32,000 nucleotides of DNA from Edaphobacter aggregans (lineage in GTDB: Bacteria > Acidobacteriota > Terriglobia > Terriglobales > Acidobacteriaceae). Location: contig NZ_RSDW01000001.1 of NCBI RefSeq assembly GCF_003945235.1, positions 2,250,001-2,282,000 of the forward strand, written 5' to 3'. Position 1 is the stretch's first letter. Every line of letters begins with the position of its first letter. The translations under genes and the position numbers were made by a program. The notes below the pieces were generated by a model. That model saw only the letters and a list, made by a program, of their open reading frames with translations, was not told the origin of the DNA and did no database searches. Below, one piece after another: positions 1 to 8,136 of this stretch.

Positions 1-133
1 GAGCCCCGTGAAGCGTTCGAGCAAAGTGACCGTAACTGGGTTGCCAAACCTTCCAAGTTACCTTCCTCATTGGGTCAGGGACTTACGCTGCTGATTAGCT
101 TCATCATCCCTCGCGGGGATTGCTTCGCCGAGT

Positions 134-1189
134 TCAGCGGTAGCTTTCGACTGTTCTTCGGAAACCCTGCTCGATGGAGTGAGCCGGGTTCCAACCGAGG
201 GCTTTGGCTTTGTCGATGTTGGGGACGGTGGAGACGATGGGGCTGACGAAGTAGTTCTGATCGGTGCGTGCGCGGCGTTCGACGGTGATGCCTTCGCTGT
301 GGAATTCAGCGACGAGGCAATCTACTAGCTCTGCGATGCTGCACTCGCCGTTTGGATTGGCTACGTTGTAGGCTTCGCCATTTTTGCCGAGGAGAAGGAC
401 GGTGAAGAAGCCGAGGGTTGCGTCGGCGAGGTAACAGAAGCTGCGGCGGGCGCTGCCGTCGCTTTGGAGAACGATGGGACCGCCTTTGAGGATGTCTCGG
501 ACGAAGTCGGCGAAGACGCGGCCGTCGTCGAGGCGCATGCCGGGGCCATAGGTGTGGAAGGGGCGGACGATGCGCGTAGGGATGCCGTATTGATGAGCCC
601 AGGCGACGCACATGGTCTCGGCCATGCGCTTGCTTTCGCCGTAGCAGGAGCGGACGTCGGTGGGATCGAGGAAGCCGCCGTCGTCTTCGGCGATGGGGCC
701 GCTGTTGCTCTTGATGATGCCATAGACCTCGCCACTGCTGAAGTAGAGGAAGCCGCGGACTGGGTGCTGCCGCGCGGCTTCGAGGAGGTGCCAGATGCCG
801 AGGACGTTTGCGGAGAGGGTGCCTACGGGGTCAGTACGGTAGAAGACGGGACTGGCCTGGCTGGCGGCGTGGATGGCGAAGTCGAAGGGCTCGCGAAAGG
901 TGAGCGGGTCGGAGATATTCTGGACGAGGATTTGGAGGTTAGGGTCGTCGAGGTGATGGCGGAAGCGCTCGCGGGCGCGGTCGAGGTTGCGAACTATAGC
1001 GATTACACGGGCGGGGCGGGCGAGGTGTGAGCGGTTGAGGTAGAGGAGGGTCTCAACCATGTAGGCGGGAAGGAAGCCGGCTGCTCCGGTGATGAGGACG
1101 GTAGTGCCGGAGAACGAATCCCAGGGGAGCGATGCGCTGACGATGGAGGCTAGGTCTTCTTCGACGATTGCATTGTTTAAAGAAGGCAT
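134..1189 (-). CDS. NAD-dependent epimerase/dehydratase, UDP-glucuronate-decarboxylase-like extended SDR
   Basis: ORF 134..1489 trimmed to the internal ATG at 1187-1189 (MPSLNNAIVEE...), 5 nt after the stop of the preceding gene (1195-1197). The 100 codons upstream are R/P-rich and overlap that gene. Motifs: ITGAAGFLPAY (Rossmann), YGESKRMAE (YxxxK), RIVRPFHTYGPGMRLDDGRVFADF resembling UXS/dTDP-glucose-dehydratase-type extended SDRs. Confidence 0.85.
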   Translation of the reverse strand: MPSLNNAIVEEDLASIVSASLPWDSFSGTTVLITGAAGFLPAYMVETLLYLNRSHLARPARVIAIVRNLDRARERFRHHLDDPNLQILVQNISDPLTFREPFDFAIHAASQASPVFYRTDPVGTLSANVLGIWHLLEAARQHPVRGFLYFSSGEVYGIIKSNSGPIAEDDGGFLDPTDVRSCYGESKRMAETMCVAWAHQYGIPTRIVRPFHTYGPGMRLDDGRVFADFVRDILKGGPIVLQSDGSARRSFCYLADATLGFFTVLLLGKNGEAYNVANPNGECSIAELVDCLVAEFHSEGITVERRARTDQNYFVSPIVSTVPNIDKAKALGWNPAHSIEQGFRRTVESYR

Positions 1190-1194
1190 ATTCG

Positions 1195-2169
1195 CTAGGG
1201 GAGCAGGCCGAGGAAACGCACCATCTCGAGATGGCGCTCGGTGTGGAGGAAGAAGAAGTTGGTCTCGACGGTGGTCTCGGTCATCTCGGCGAAGGAGTGC
1301 AGGGTGTTGCCGTCGAGCGCGAAGCACTGGTAGCCGATATCGCGGAAGAGGGCGATGATATCGTTGGGGTGGTAGTCGAAGCGGGCGGCCCACTTGCGGA
1401 GCATTTCGGTGAAGACGATGGGCTTGGCGCGCTCGAGGGTTTTGACGGCTCCGCGGAAGACGCGGAGCTCGCCACCCTCTACGTCGCACTTGATGAAATC
1501 GGGAGAGATGCCGGTGCGGTCGACGAAGGCGTCGAGGGTTTCTACAGGGCAGGTGAGGGTTTGGGTGGGGCCGAACTCTGCGCCGAGAGGGGCTCCAGAT
1601 GCGGCTCCGGAGACGGTGGGGTCGAAGTAGAAGGTGGCTTCGTAAGCGCGATCGGAGAGGCCCTGATTGAGGGCGGTGACGTTGCTGACGCCGTTGAGGG
1701 TGAGGTTGCGCTGCAGCTCGCCGTAGGTTGCGGCGACGGGCTCGAAGGCGATGAGTTTTGAATCGGGGAAGCGCTGGCCGATGGCGATGCTGTAGATGCC
1801 TACGTTGGCGCCGACGTCGAAGATGGTGCTACAGGTCTTGGCGAGACGAAGGACTGCGCCGAGCTCTTCGGATTCGTAGTTGCGGAAGTTGAGGCTGGCG
1901 ATTGCTACGTGGCGCTGATCGTTGGGCATGCACCTGAGCTTGACCCTGGGATCGCGCAGGTTGAAGATGACGCCCTGATCGGTGATTTCGATGGAGGCGA
2001 CGTTGGTGCCGGCGAGGAAGGCGGAGTATTCGAAGAGGCGCTGATGAATCTTCCAGATCTCGCGGCTGTAGGTTGCCTTGTTGAAGGCTCCGGCTTCGAA
2101 TGCGGAACGCAGCGCGGCCAGCTCCAGATGTTGCTCGGATGACAGGGCCGGATCGGGGGATGAATTCAT
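1195..2169 (-). CDS. FkbM-family SAM-dependent methyltransferase
   Basis: 324-aa ORF with ATG at 2167-2169 and GAGGA upstream. The core FDVGANVGIYSIAIGQRFPDSKLIAFEP is typical of the Methyltransf_21/FkbM family, which is common in glycan loci. Confidence 0.85.
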   Translation of the reverse strand: MNSSPDPALSSEQHLELAALRSAFEAGAFNKATYSREIWKIHQRLFEYSAFLAGTNVASIEITDQGVIFNLRDPRVKLRCMPNDQRHVAIASLNFRNYESEELGAVLRLAKTCSTIFDVGANVGIYSIAIGQRFPDSKLIAFEPVAATYGELQRNLTLNGVSNVTALNQGLSDRAYEATFYFDPTVSGAASGAPLGAEFGPTQTLTCPVETLDAFVDRTGISPDFIKCDVEGGELRVFRGAVKTLERAKPIVFTEMLRKWAARFDYHPNDIIALFRDIGYQCFALDGNTLHSFAEMTETTVETNFFFLHTERHLEMVRFLGLLP

Positions 2170-2259
2170 CTTGTGAGATTTCCTCGGATAGTTATACCAC
2201 TCAAAATAGCAGATTGGGGTTGCAGCCGGGCTACTGCAGGATGGGGGGGCTGGGTGGGC

Positions 2260-4038
2260 TTAGGGTTTGGTGAGATAGAGGAAGACCTTGGCAGCGGTGG
2301 CCGGGTCGAGATCGGGGGTCATGAGGTGGAGAGGGTTGGACTCCATGCTGCCGGAGGCCGTGACGCGGCTGCTGATTTTGGGGAAGTAGGTTTGCTCGGG
2401 ATCGATCTTGACGAGGAATGCGGCTGGTCCGGGGGCATTGAAGGCTTCGAGGAAGGCGGGGCATTGTTCGAAGCCGGGACGGAGTTCCTGCAAGGGGATG
2501 CCGTAGGCCTCGAAGAGCTTTGACCAGATGGGCATGCCAAGGCCGGTGTTGATGTCGCAGCCTACGTAACGGCCACCGAAGTAGTTTTTCTGCGTCATGC
2601 GGATGGAGGCGTAACCGTCGTCGTCGTAGAGGAAGATCTTGAGGTTGAGTTGATTGACGGAGACGGTGCCTAGCTCCTGGAGGTTCTGGGTGAAGCCTCC
2701 GTCGCCTTCGGTAAGGATGGTGCGGCGGGGACTTGCGGCGATGGCGGCTCCGATGGCTCCGCTGAGGCCGTAGCCCATGGAGGCGAGGCCTTTGTTGTTG
2801 ACGATGAGCTGACCGGCCTTCTGGTCGAACGCCTGCATCATGGTGGTGTAGGCGCTGCCGCTGGAACAGGGGATTACTACGTCGGTTTCGGTGGCGAGGG
2901 CGGAGAGCTTCTCGACGAAGACATATGGCGAGAGGAAGCCTGGGCCGGTGTTGTTGACGGGCTCGACGAGGGGAAGAGCGGCTTTGACGTCGCGGCAGAA
3001 GCTGAGCCATTCGGTGTGTGAGCCGAGGTCGGCTTTGGTGATGGCGCGGAGGACTTCGTTGGCGTCTCCGCAGATGGGAGTAGCGACTTTGGGGTGGCCC
3101 TTGGAGAGTTCGAAGGGGTCGCAGTCTACCTGGATGATTTCGCCAACCGGGATGAACTGCTGCCAGTTGAAGCCGCTCTGCTGAAGGCTGAGGCGGGTGC
3201 CGAGAGCGAGGAGGAGATCGGACTGCTGGAGGAGGATATTGGAGTAACGCTGGCCCCATGTGTTGGGGCGGCCGAAGTAGAGCGGGTGGTCGACGGGGAT
3301 GCGGTCCATGGCGTTCCAAGTGAACGTGAGGGGAACGCCGAGGTCGGTGAGAGCGCGGCTGGCGAGGAGGGCGTTGGTGGTGGCGCGGTCGATGCCGGCT
3401 CCGAGGAGGATGACGGGGCGCTGGGCGGATTTGAGGCGTGCGGCGATGCTGGCGATGGTTTCGGCGGAGATGGGCGCGAAGGTTGGGGTGAAGGCTGGGA
3501 CGGGGGTACTTAGATCGGTGGGGTCTACCTGGACGCCCTGGATGTCGAGCGGAATCTCCACAAAGACCGGGGCATGGCGGCCGTTAAGACCGGAACGCGT
3601 TATCTGCGCAAAAGCAGAGCGGTCGACGACGGCTTCCAGCAATACGGAACGTTCCGTTACTGGGCCCGCGATAGCAACTCCATTGATCTCCTGAATCCCT
3701 CGCTGGCGGACTTTTCCTCGCGAGAGGTCCGCCAACTTTACCTGGCCGCCGATGACGAGCAACTCGCGACTCTCAAGAAAGGCACCTGCTAGTGCGGTCA
3801 CAATGTTGGTGAGACCAGGGCCGGCGGTCACAAGTGCAAAGGCCTTGGGACCGAGATGCACTTCGTTGAAGTATTCAGCTGCGATGCCGGCCGCAACCTC
3901 ATGCACTACTGGAATGCAAGTCAGCTTGTGGCTCAAGCTTTCGAGCAGATGCATGATGTTGCCACCTGCAACAAAGAAGCAGTGAGTGTAGCCAAGCTCG
4001 ACGAGCCACTCGGCAAGCAAATCGCTGTATTTTTTCAT
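2260..4038 (-). CDS. Thiamine-diphosphate-dependent enzyme, acetolactate-synthase-large-subunit-like (possible YerE-type sugar C-branching enzyme)
   Basis: 592-aa three-domain ORF. N-terminal PYR domain (CFFVAGGNIMHL; VHEVAAGIAAEY with the catalytic Glu). C-terminal ThDP motif GDGGFTQNLQELGTVSVNQLNLKIFLYDDDGY. ATG 4036-4038 overlaps the stop of the upstream gene (ATGA). The family call is firm; the YerE-like role is inferred from context. Confidence 0.85.
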   Translation of the reverse strand: MKKYSDLLAEWLVELGYTHCFFVAGGNIMHLLESLSHKLTCIPVVHEVAAGIAAEYFNEVHLGPKAFALVTAGPGLTNIVTALAGAFLESRELLVIGGQVKLADLSRGKVRQRGIQEINGVAIAGPVTERSVLLEAVVDRSAFAQITRSGLNGRHAPVFVEIPLDIQGVQVDPTDLSTPVPAFTPTFAPISAETIASIAARLKSAQRPVILLGAGIDRATTNALLASRALTDLGVPLTFTWNAMDRIPVDHPLYFGRPNTWGQRYSNILLQQSDLLLALGTRLSLQQSGFNWQQFIPVGEIIQVDCDPFELSKGHPKVATPICGDANEVLRAITKADLGSHTEWLSFCRDVKAALPLVEPVNNTGPGFLSPYVFVEKLSALATETDVVIPCSSGSAYTTMMQAFDQKAGQLIVNNKGLASMGYGLSGAIGAAIAASPRRTILTEGDGGFTQNLQELGTVSVNQLNLKIFLYDDDGYASIRMTQKNYFGGRYVGCDINTGLGMPIWSKLFEAYGIPLQELRPGFEQCPAFLEAFNAPGPAAFLVKIDPEQTYFPKISSRVTASGSMESNPLHLMTPDLDPATAAKVFLYLTKP

Positions 4039-5135
4039 GAAGGGTAACTTTCCAAGACAGTCTTTATGGCGCCTTGGATGCGTAGCATCGACTCCGGCGA
4101 TTTAGGGATCTTCTTAACAATGACCTTGCCGGACGGTTCGACGAGGATCAGCACATAGCTGTCCTGTCTGTGCTTCTTGTCGGATTCGAAGCGCTCCATG
4201 ACATCTTTCAGCTGCAATTCAGCAAGCTGGCTTGAAAGACTTGGCACAACCCGGAAGATGGTGGCCAAATGATCTTCGAGTTCGCGAACTGCGGGTGCTC
4301 CAGCGTATGGATCGGAGCCGTCTTCAGGGCTCTGGCGACCGAACGCGAGAGCGCACAACATCCCCAGGCCCACGGCGATTCCATGCGAGATGCCATAGTT
4401 CGAGGCGCCTTCGATAGCGTGGCCAAAGGTATGCCCGAAGTTAAGGAGTAGACGCTGATTCTGATCGAATTCGTCGATCTCAATGAACCACTTTTTTGCC
4501 CGCAGACTGTGGGCGATAAGCATGGCGAGTGCGGACGTTTCCATCCCCGGGTGCGGGTTGCAGGCGAGATAGCTGCGGAATGACTCCGGGCTATGGCAGA
4601 AGCAGATCTTTGCCGCTTCGATGATGCCACTGGCATGCTGATCTAATGGCAGAGTGCGTGCGAACTTAGGGTCGACGAGGACTCGCAATGGAGGATGAAA
4701 GGTGCCGACGAGATTCTTGTAGCGCCCGACATTGATGGAGGACTTGCCTCCGATGCACGAGTCAACCATTCCGAGGATCGTTGTGGGAATATAAATCCAC
4801 TGCACACCGCGCATGTAGATGGAAGCAGCGAAGGCGGTGAGGTCCTGGATCACGCCGCCGCCGATTGCAACGAATTGAGTTTGCCGGTTGGCTCCAGAGC
4901 GACGGATCTGTTCGATCAGCCCCGGCGCTGAGTCGAGCGATTTAACGGATTCAGACGCATCGTAGTAAATGACCGCACGCGAAGATTCGATCCACGAAGG
5001 AAGAGCGCCTCGGAAGAAGCTGTCTGCGATTATGACAGCCTGCTGATGTTCGTCTATCTGGCGGTCGAAGGCTCCGGGCTCGATATACACAGAATAGCTT
5101 CCTGTGGAAGCGGAGATTTCAAACGATTCGAACAT
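4035..5135 (-). CDS. 3-dehydroquinate synthase family protein (sugar-phosphate-cyclase-like)
   Basis: 366-aa ORF with ATG 5133-5135. Signature set GGGVIQDLTAFAA, PTTILGMVDSCIGGKSSIN, KNLVGTFHPP, NFGHTFGHAIE, HGIAVGLGM, matching the nucleotide/metal-binding motifs of the DHQS superfamily. The start overlaps the upstream SDR gene by 17 nt. Confidence 0.85.
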   Translation of the reverse strand: MFESFEISASTGSYSVYIEPGAFDRQIDEHQQAVIIADSFFRGALPSWIESSRAVIYYDASESVKSLDSAPGLIEQIRRSGANRQTQFVAIGGGVIQDLTAFAASIYMRGVQWIYIPTTILGMVDSCIGGKSSINVGRYKNLVGTFHPPLRVLVDPKFARTLPLDQHASGIIEAAKICFCHSPESFRSYLACNPHPGMETSALAMLIAHSLRAKKWFIEIDEFDQNQRLLLNFGHTFGHAIEGASNYGISHGIAVGLGMLCALAFGRQSPEDGSDPYAGAPAVRELEDHLATIFRVVPSLSSQLAELQLKDVMERFESDKKHRQDSYVLILVEPSGKVIVKKIPKSPESMLRIQGAIKTVLESYPS

Positions 5136-5832
5136 GACTGAACCCCAAGTCGGCAGCGATGAACTGGCCTGTAATACCGGTATTTTCGGGCGAACAGAGA
5201 TAACAGACGAGCGAGGCGACCTCCTGCAAGCTGACGAGGCGATTGTATGCCGTAGCGGCGGAGAGTCGGTCGATCTGTTCCGCGCTAAGATTCTTGCGAG
5301 TCATTGGCGATTCGATTGCGCCGGGTAGCACCGCGTTGATGAGATGACCGTCCTTGGCAAGGTCTGCGGATGCGGAGAGCACAAGACCTTGCAGCGCCGC
5401 TTTGCTCATGCAGTAGGAAAGCTTTGATTGACGCGCGAGGTTCTGCCAGATGGAACTGATAATGCAAAGACGTGAAGCAGTTGCAAGGAAGCCACCTTGA
5501 AGGAGCGCTTGCAAGGTAACGAGGATATAAGTGCAGTTGGCCTCGTATATTTGTCGATGAACTGCCAGGTCAAGATTGTAGACACTGTCGTTCGCGTTGG
5601 TGCCCTGCGCCCAGCAGATGCTGGTGTAAGCGGAAGACGGTGCAATTTGTGAATAGGCAAAGTCCGCACTCAACGGATCGAGAGCAAAATATTCAACTGC
5701 AGGTAGCGGAACTTCAGGTAGCTTGCGTGCAACAGCCGTAACCTTCCAGCCGCGCTGAAGTGCTAACCGAACCACTCCGCCACCGATAACTCCGCTGGCG
5801 CCGAATACTAGGATATGCTCTACCGACTCCAT
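5119..5832 (-). CDS. Classical short-chain dehydrogenase/reductase
   Basis: ORF 5119..5931 trimmed to ATG 5830-5832 ([19 protein letters not shown]...), which overlaps the TAA of the upstream gene by 1 nt (TAATG). GASGVIG glycine motif and SYCMSKAAL (YxxxK). Confidence 0.8.
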   Translation of the reverse strand: MESVEHILVFGASGVIGGGVVRLALQRGWKVTAVARKLPEVPLPAVEYFALDPLSADFAYSQIAPSSAYTSICWAQGTNANDSVYNLDLAVHRQIYEANCTYILVTLQALLQGGFLATASRLCIISSIWQNLARQSKLSYCMSKAALQGLVLSASADLAKDGHLINAVLPGAIESPMTRKNLSAEQIDRLSAATAYNRLVSLQEVASLVCYLCSPENTGITGQFIAADLGFSHVRIV

Positions 5833-6629
5833 TAGCGATTGAGAACCGCCCAGCGTTTCTCGAGCATGTCGATCCGCTTGGCGTCTTCCTGTTGAATCTG
5901 GCTGTAGTAGTCCCGTTTGTTCAGCAACCAAAGCATCTCGAAGTGAACTGCGTTCAGCAGACCTTCACTAATGTGGTTTTCTCTTACGGCGTTCGCGTCG
6001 AAGATGACCTTGCGTGTCTCAAAGCGTGTTAGGTGCACGTCGAGCATCTCGCGAAGTACGGGAATAGAGTCGCTGGAGACGCCCCCCCCGACAACGAGAT
6101 CCAGACCGCGCGACTTGCAGGCGGCTGCCGTCTTCAGAACGTAGTCGGTGACCTCTTTGCCATTAATGGCGTCTCGCCCGAGGCCAGCAGAGAGCGAGAA
6201 GTCGACGCGGCCGAAGACGATACCAGCCAGTTCAGGTGCCTTCTTGGTCGCATCGGCCATAGCCTCAAGTTGACTGTAGGCAGAGATCGTCTCAAGGTTG
6301 AAAAGAAAGTCGGTCTCCTCTTGCTCCTCTTTCGAGTAGACCTTGTCCACTGCATCGGCGAATTTAGTGAGAGCGTAGGTGCTTTCGATCATTGGCGCGA
6401 TGATGTAATCGACGCCGAACTGCTTACTTTCGATGAGGTCGCGCATCGCCTCGCAGCCACCGATCTTGAGCCCGAACTTCAGGCTGGCCTTGCGACAGAT
6501 CTCAACGAGCCGAAGCAGTTCATCGACGCGGGTGCCTTCGGCCTCAAACTCCGCTTTGACGGCTACATAACCAAATTCGTCTCTGCCCTTTTTGAGGAGG
6601 TCCAGCATCTTGCGTTCTTTGATGTTCAT
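5832..6629 (-). CDS. HpcH/HpaI-type aldolase / citrate-lyase-beta-like TIM-barrel protein
   Basis: 265-aa ORF with ATG 6627-6629 preceded by [21 protein letters not shown] and [14 protein letters not shown]...[16 protein letters not shown] resemble the conserved strands of the HpcH/HpaI, CitE and PEP-utilising (beta/alpha)8 family. The assignment rests on remembered motifs only. Confidence 0.6.
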   Translation of the reverse strand: MNIKERKMLDLLKKGRDEFGYVAVKAEFEAEGTRVDELLRLVEICRKASLKFGLKIGGCEAMRDLIESKQFGVDYIIAPMIESTYALTKFADAVDKVYSKEEQEETDFLFNLETISAYSQLEAMADATKKAPELAGIVFGRVDFSLSAGLGRDAINGKEVTDYVLKTAAACKSRGLDLVVGGGVSSDSIPVLREMLDVHLTRFETRKVIFDANAVRENHISEGLLNAVHFEMLWLLNKRDYYSQIQQEDAKRIDMLEKRWAVLNR

Positions 6630-6735
6630 TCACTTTCCTTGGCGAGTCTTATAGAAACACGGTCAATTTTAGCAGCGATGAAGTCTACTTTGGACTGTAA
6701 GCGGAGAAGCGGTCAACTGCTTCAGGTGCAATGCC

Positions 6736-8136
6736 TTAGAGAACAATCAGGTCACCCCTGACTATCGTGTGGAAAGAATCGATAATATAGTCGATCATGT
6801 TTTCGGTTAGACCAGGGTAAACACCGATCCAGAACACATTGTTCATCACATAATCCGTATTGGGTAACTCCCCAATCTTGCGATACTTCGAATTCAGATA
6901 AGCCGGCTGACGCAAAAGGTTGCCACCGAACAGTAGCCGTGTTCCGATCTTCCGTTGATCCAAGGCTCGCACGACACGGTCACGTTTCAGTCCCCCTTCG
7001 GGCTTCACCGCAATGGGAAAGCCAAACCAACTGGGATCAGAGCCCGGCGTGGCCTGAGGCAAGGAAAAGAACTCCTCCAGATCTGCAAGGCCATCATAAA
7101 GACGTTTGAAGTTCGCCCTTCGCGCCGCGATGAAGCCCGACAACTTCCTCAACTGAGACACACCAACCGCCGCCTGCATGTCGGAAAGCTTCAGGTTGTA
7201 GCCAATGTGCGAATAGATGTACTTGTGATCGTACCCGCATGGTAGTTCACCGAGTTGCCACTCGAATCGCTTGCCGCAGGTGTTGTCCCTTCCCGGAGCG
7301 CACCAGCAGTCGCGGCCCCAGTCTCGGAACGATTCTATCAGTTTGGTCAACGCAGGCTTCTGTGTCATCACAGCACCACCCTCGCCCATCGTAATGTGGT
7401 GCGCAGGATAAAAGCTCGCAGTAGAGATATCGCCAAACGTTCCCACGCCCTGACCTTTGTAGGTAGCGCCCACCGCATCGCAGCAGTCTTCCACCAGCCA
7501 GAGATCGTGCCTCTTGCAGAAAGCCATCACTGCGTCAAGGTCAAAGGGATTGCCCAGCGTGTGCGCAATCATCACTGCGCGGGTTTGATCAGACACAGCT
7601 GCCTCAAGCTGGGAGTAGTCAATGTCATAAGTATCCAGCTGAACGTCAACGAACACAGGGACTAAGTTGTTCTGAATCGCCGGATTGATAGTCGTAGGAA
7701 AACCCGCCGCAACAGTAATAACCTCATCACCAGGCCGGAGCGCGCGGTCACCCAGACTAGGAGATGTGAGCGCAGAGAGCGCCACAAGATTCGCCGACGA
7801 ACCTGAGTTGACCAGACGAGCATCGCGGACACCCATCGCTCGTGCGAACTGGCGTTCAAATTGCTCCGCGAAACGGCCCGTTGTTAACCAGAAGTCTAGC
7901 GAGGCATCCACAACGTACTGGATGTCTTCGGCATCGAATACCTTGCCGGAGACAGGAACTGCAGACACGCCTGGGGTGAACTTGCGGGTTGGAAACGCTA
8001 CATCGTGGTACTTGGTCACCAGGTCGCGAATCTGATCGCGCAAAACCTCAGCCTGTAGCTCCCGCTCGGCGATCGCACCACCTTCTTCGCTCAGGCTAAG
8101 GCTGCCCGCTCGATTTTCAGCGATCGATTCCATCAT
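6736..8136 (-). CDS. rfbH: CDP-6-deoxy-L-threo-D-glycero-4-hexulose-3-dehydrase (E1; RfbH/DdhC)
   Basis: 466-aa DegT/DnrJ/EryC1-fold ORF (ATGATG at 8131-8136, overlapping the rfbG TAA by 1 nt). E1-specific features: [12 protein letters not shown], with His where aminotransferases carry the PLP lysine, and the Cys pattern EDCC-x57-CWC-x7-C. I counted the latter by hand, and it matches the C-x57-C-x1-C-x7-C [2Fe-2S] motif described for E1. Confidence 0.93.
   Translation of the reverse strand: MMESIAENRAGSLSLSEEGGAIAERELQAEVLRDQIRDLVTKYHDVAFPTRKFTPGVSAVPVSGKVFDAEDIQYVVDASLDFWLTTGRFAEQFERQFARAMGVRDARLVNSGSSANLVALSALTSPSLGDRALRPGDEVITVAAGFPTTINPAIQNNLVPVFVDVQLDTYDIDYSQLEAAVSDQTRAVMIAHTLGNPFDLDAVMAFCKRHDLWLVEDCCDAVGATYKGQGVGTFGDISTASFYPAHHITMGEGGAVMTQKPALTKLIESFRDWGRDCWCAPGRDNTCGKRFEWQLGELPCGYDHKYIYSHIGYNLKLSDMQAAVGVSQLRKLSGFIAARRANFKRLYDGLADLEEFFSLPQATPGSDPSWFGFPIAVKPEGGLKRDRVVRALDQRKIGTRLLFGGNLLRQPAYLNSKYRKIGELPNTDYVMNNVFWIGVYPGLTENMIDYIIDSFHTIVRGDLIVL

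Noticed and set aside
1-70. Possible 5' end of a further minus-strand gene (ATG at 68-70, MRKVTWKVWQPSYGHFARTLHGA... running off the left edge)
   Set aside because: Only 23 codons are visible, with no SD and no recognisable motif. There is too little sequence to support a call, although the operon may well continue here, for example with an E3 reductase.
1190-1489. N-terminal 100 codons of ORF 134..1489. Analogous 5' extensions occur in ORFs 8136..9395, 24664..25653, 5119..5931, 17591..18043, 28862..30064 and 11515..12831.
   Set aside because: The extensions are R/P-rich, overlap the 3' end of the upstream gene, and precede an internal ATG that yields the family-typical N-terminus. I took them as ORF-finder artefacts and trimmed the CDS.
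464-2523. Plus-strand antisense ORFs (464..1030, 1168..1761, 2173..2523). Similar ones occur at 6033..6761, 8688..9419, 17288..17890 and 22709..23308.
   Set aside because: G/E/A/V/D-rich mirror-frame products of high-GC minus-strand genes, with no start context or motifs.
2231-3319. 362-aa minus-strand ORF in an alternative frame of the ThDP-enzyme gene
   Set aside because: R/P/H/S-rich nonsense composition typical of off-frame reading in GC-rich DNA. It is fully nested in a well-supported CDS.
2260-6629. Idea that the ThDP enzyme plus DHQS/iron-ADH-like protein and TIM-barrel protein form a phosphonate (PEP mutase / phosphonopyruvate decarboxylase) pathway
   Set aside because: The ThDP protein is a full three-domain ALS-type enzyme rather than the shorter Ppd type. 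The 265-aa TIM-barrel protein shows HpcH/CitE-like rather than PEP-mutase/isocitrate-lyase-like motifs. No aminotransferase for AEP is present.
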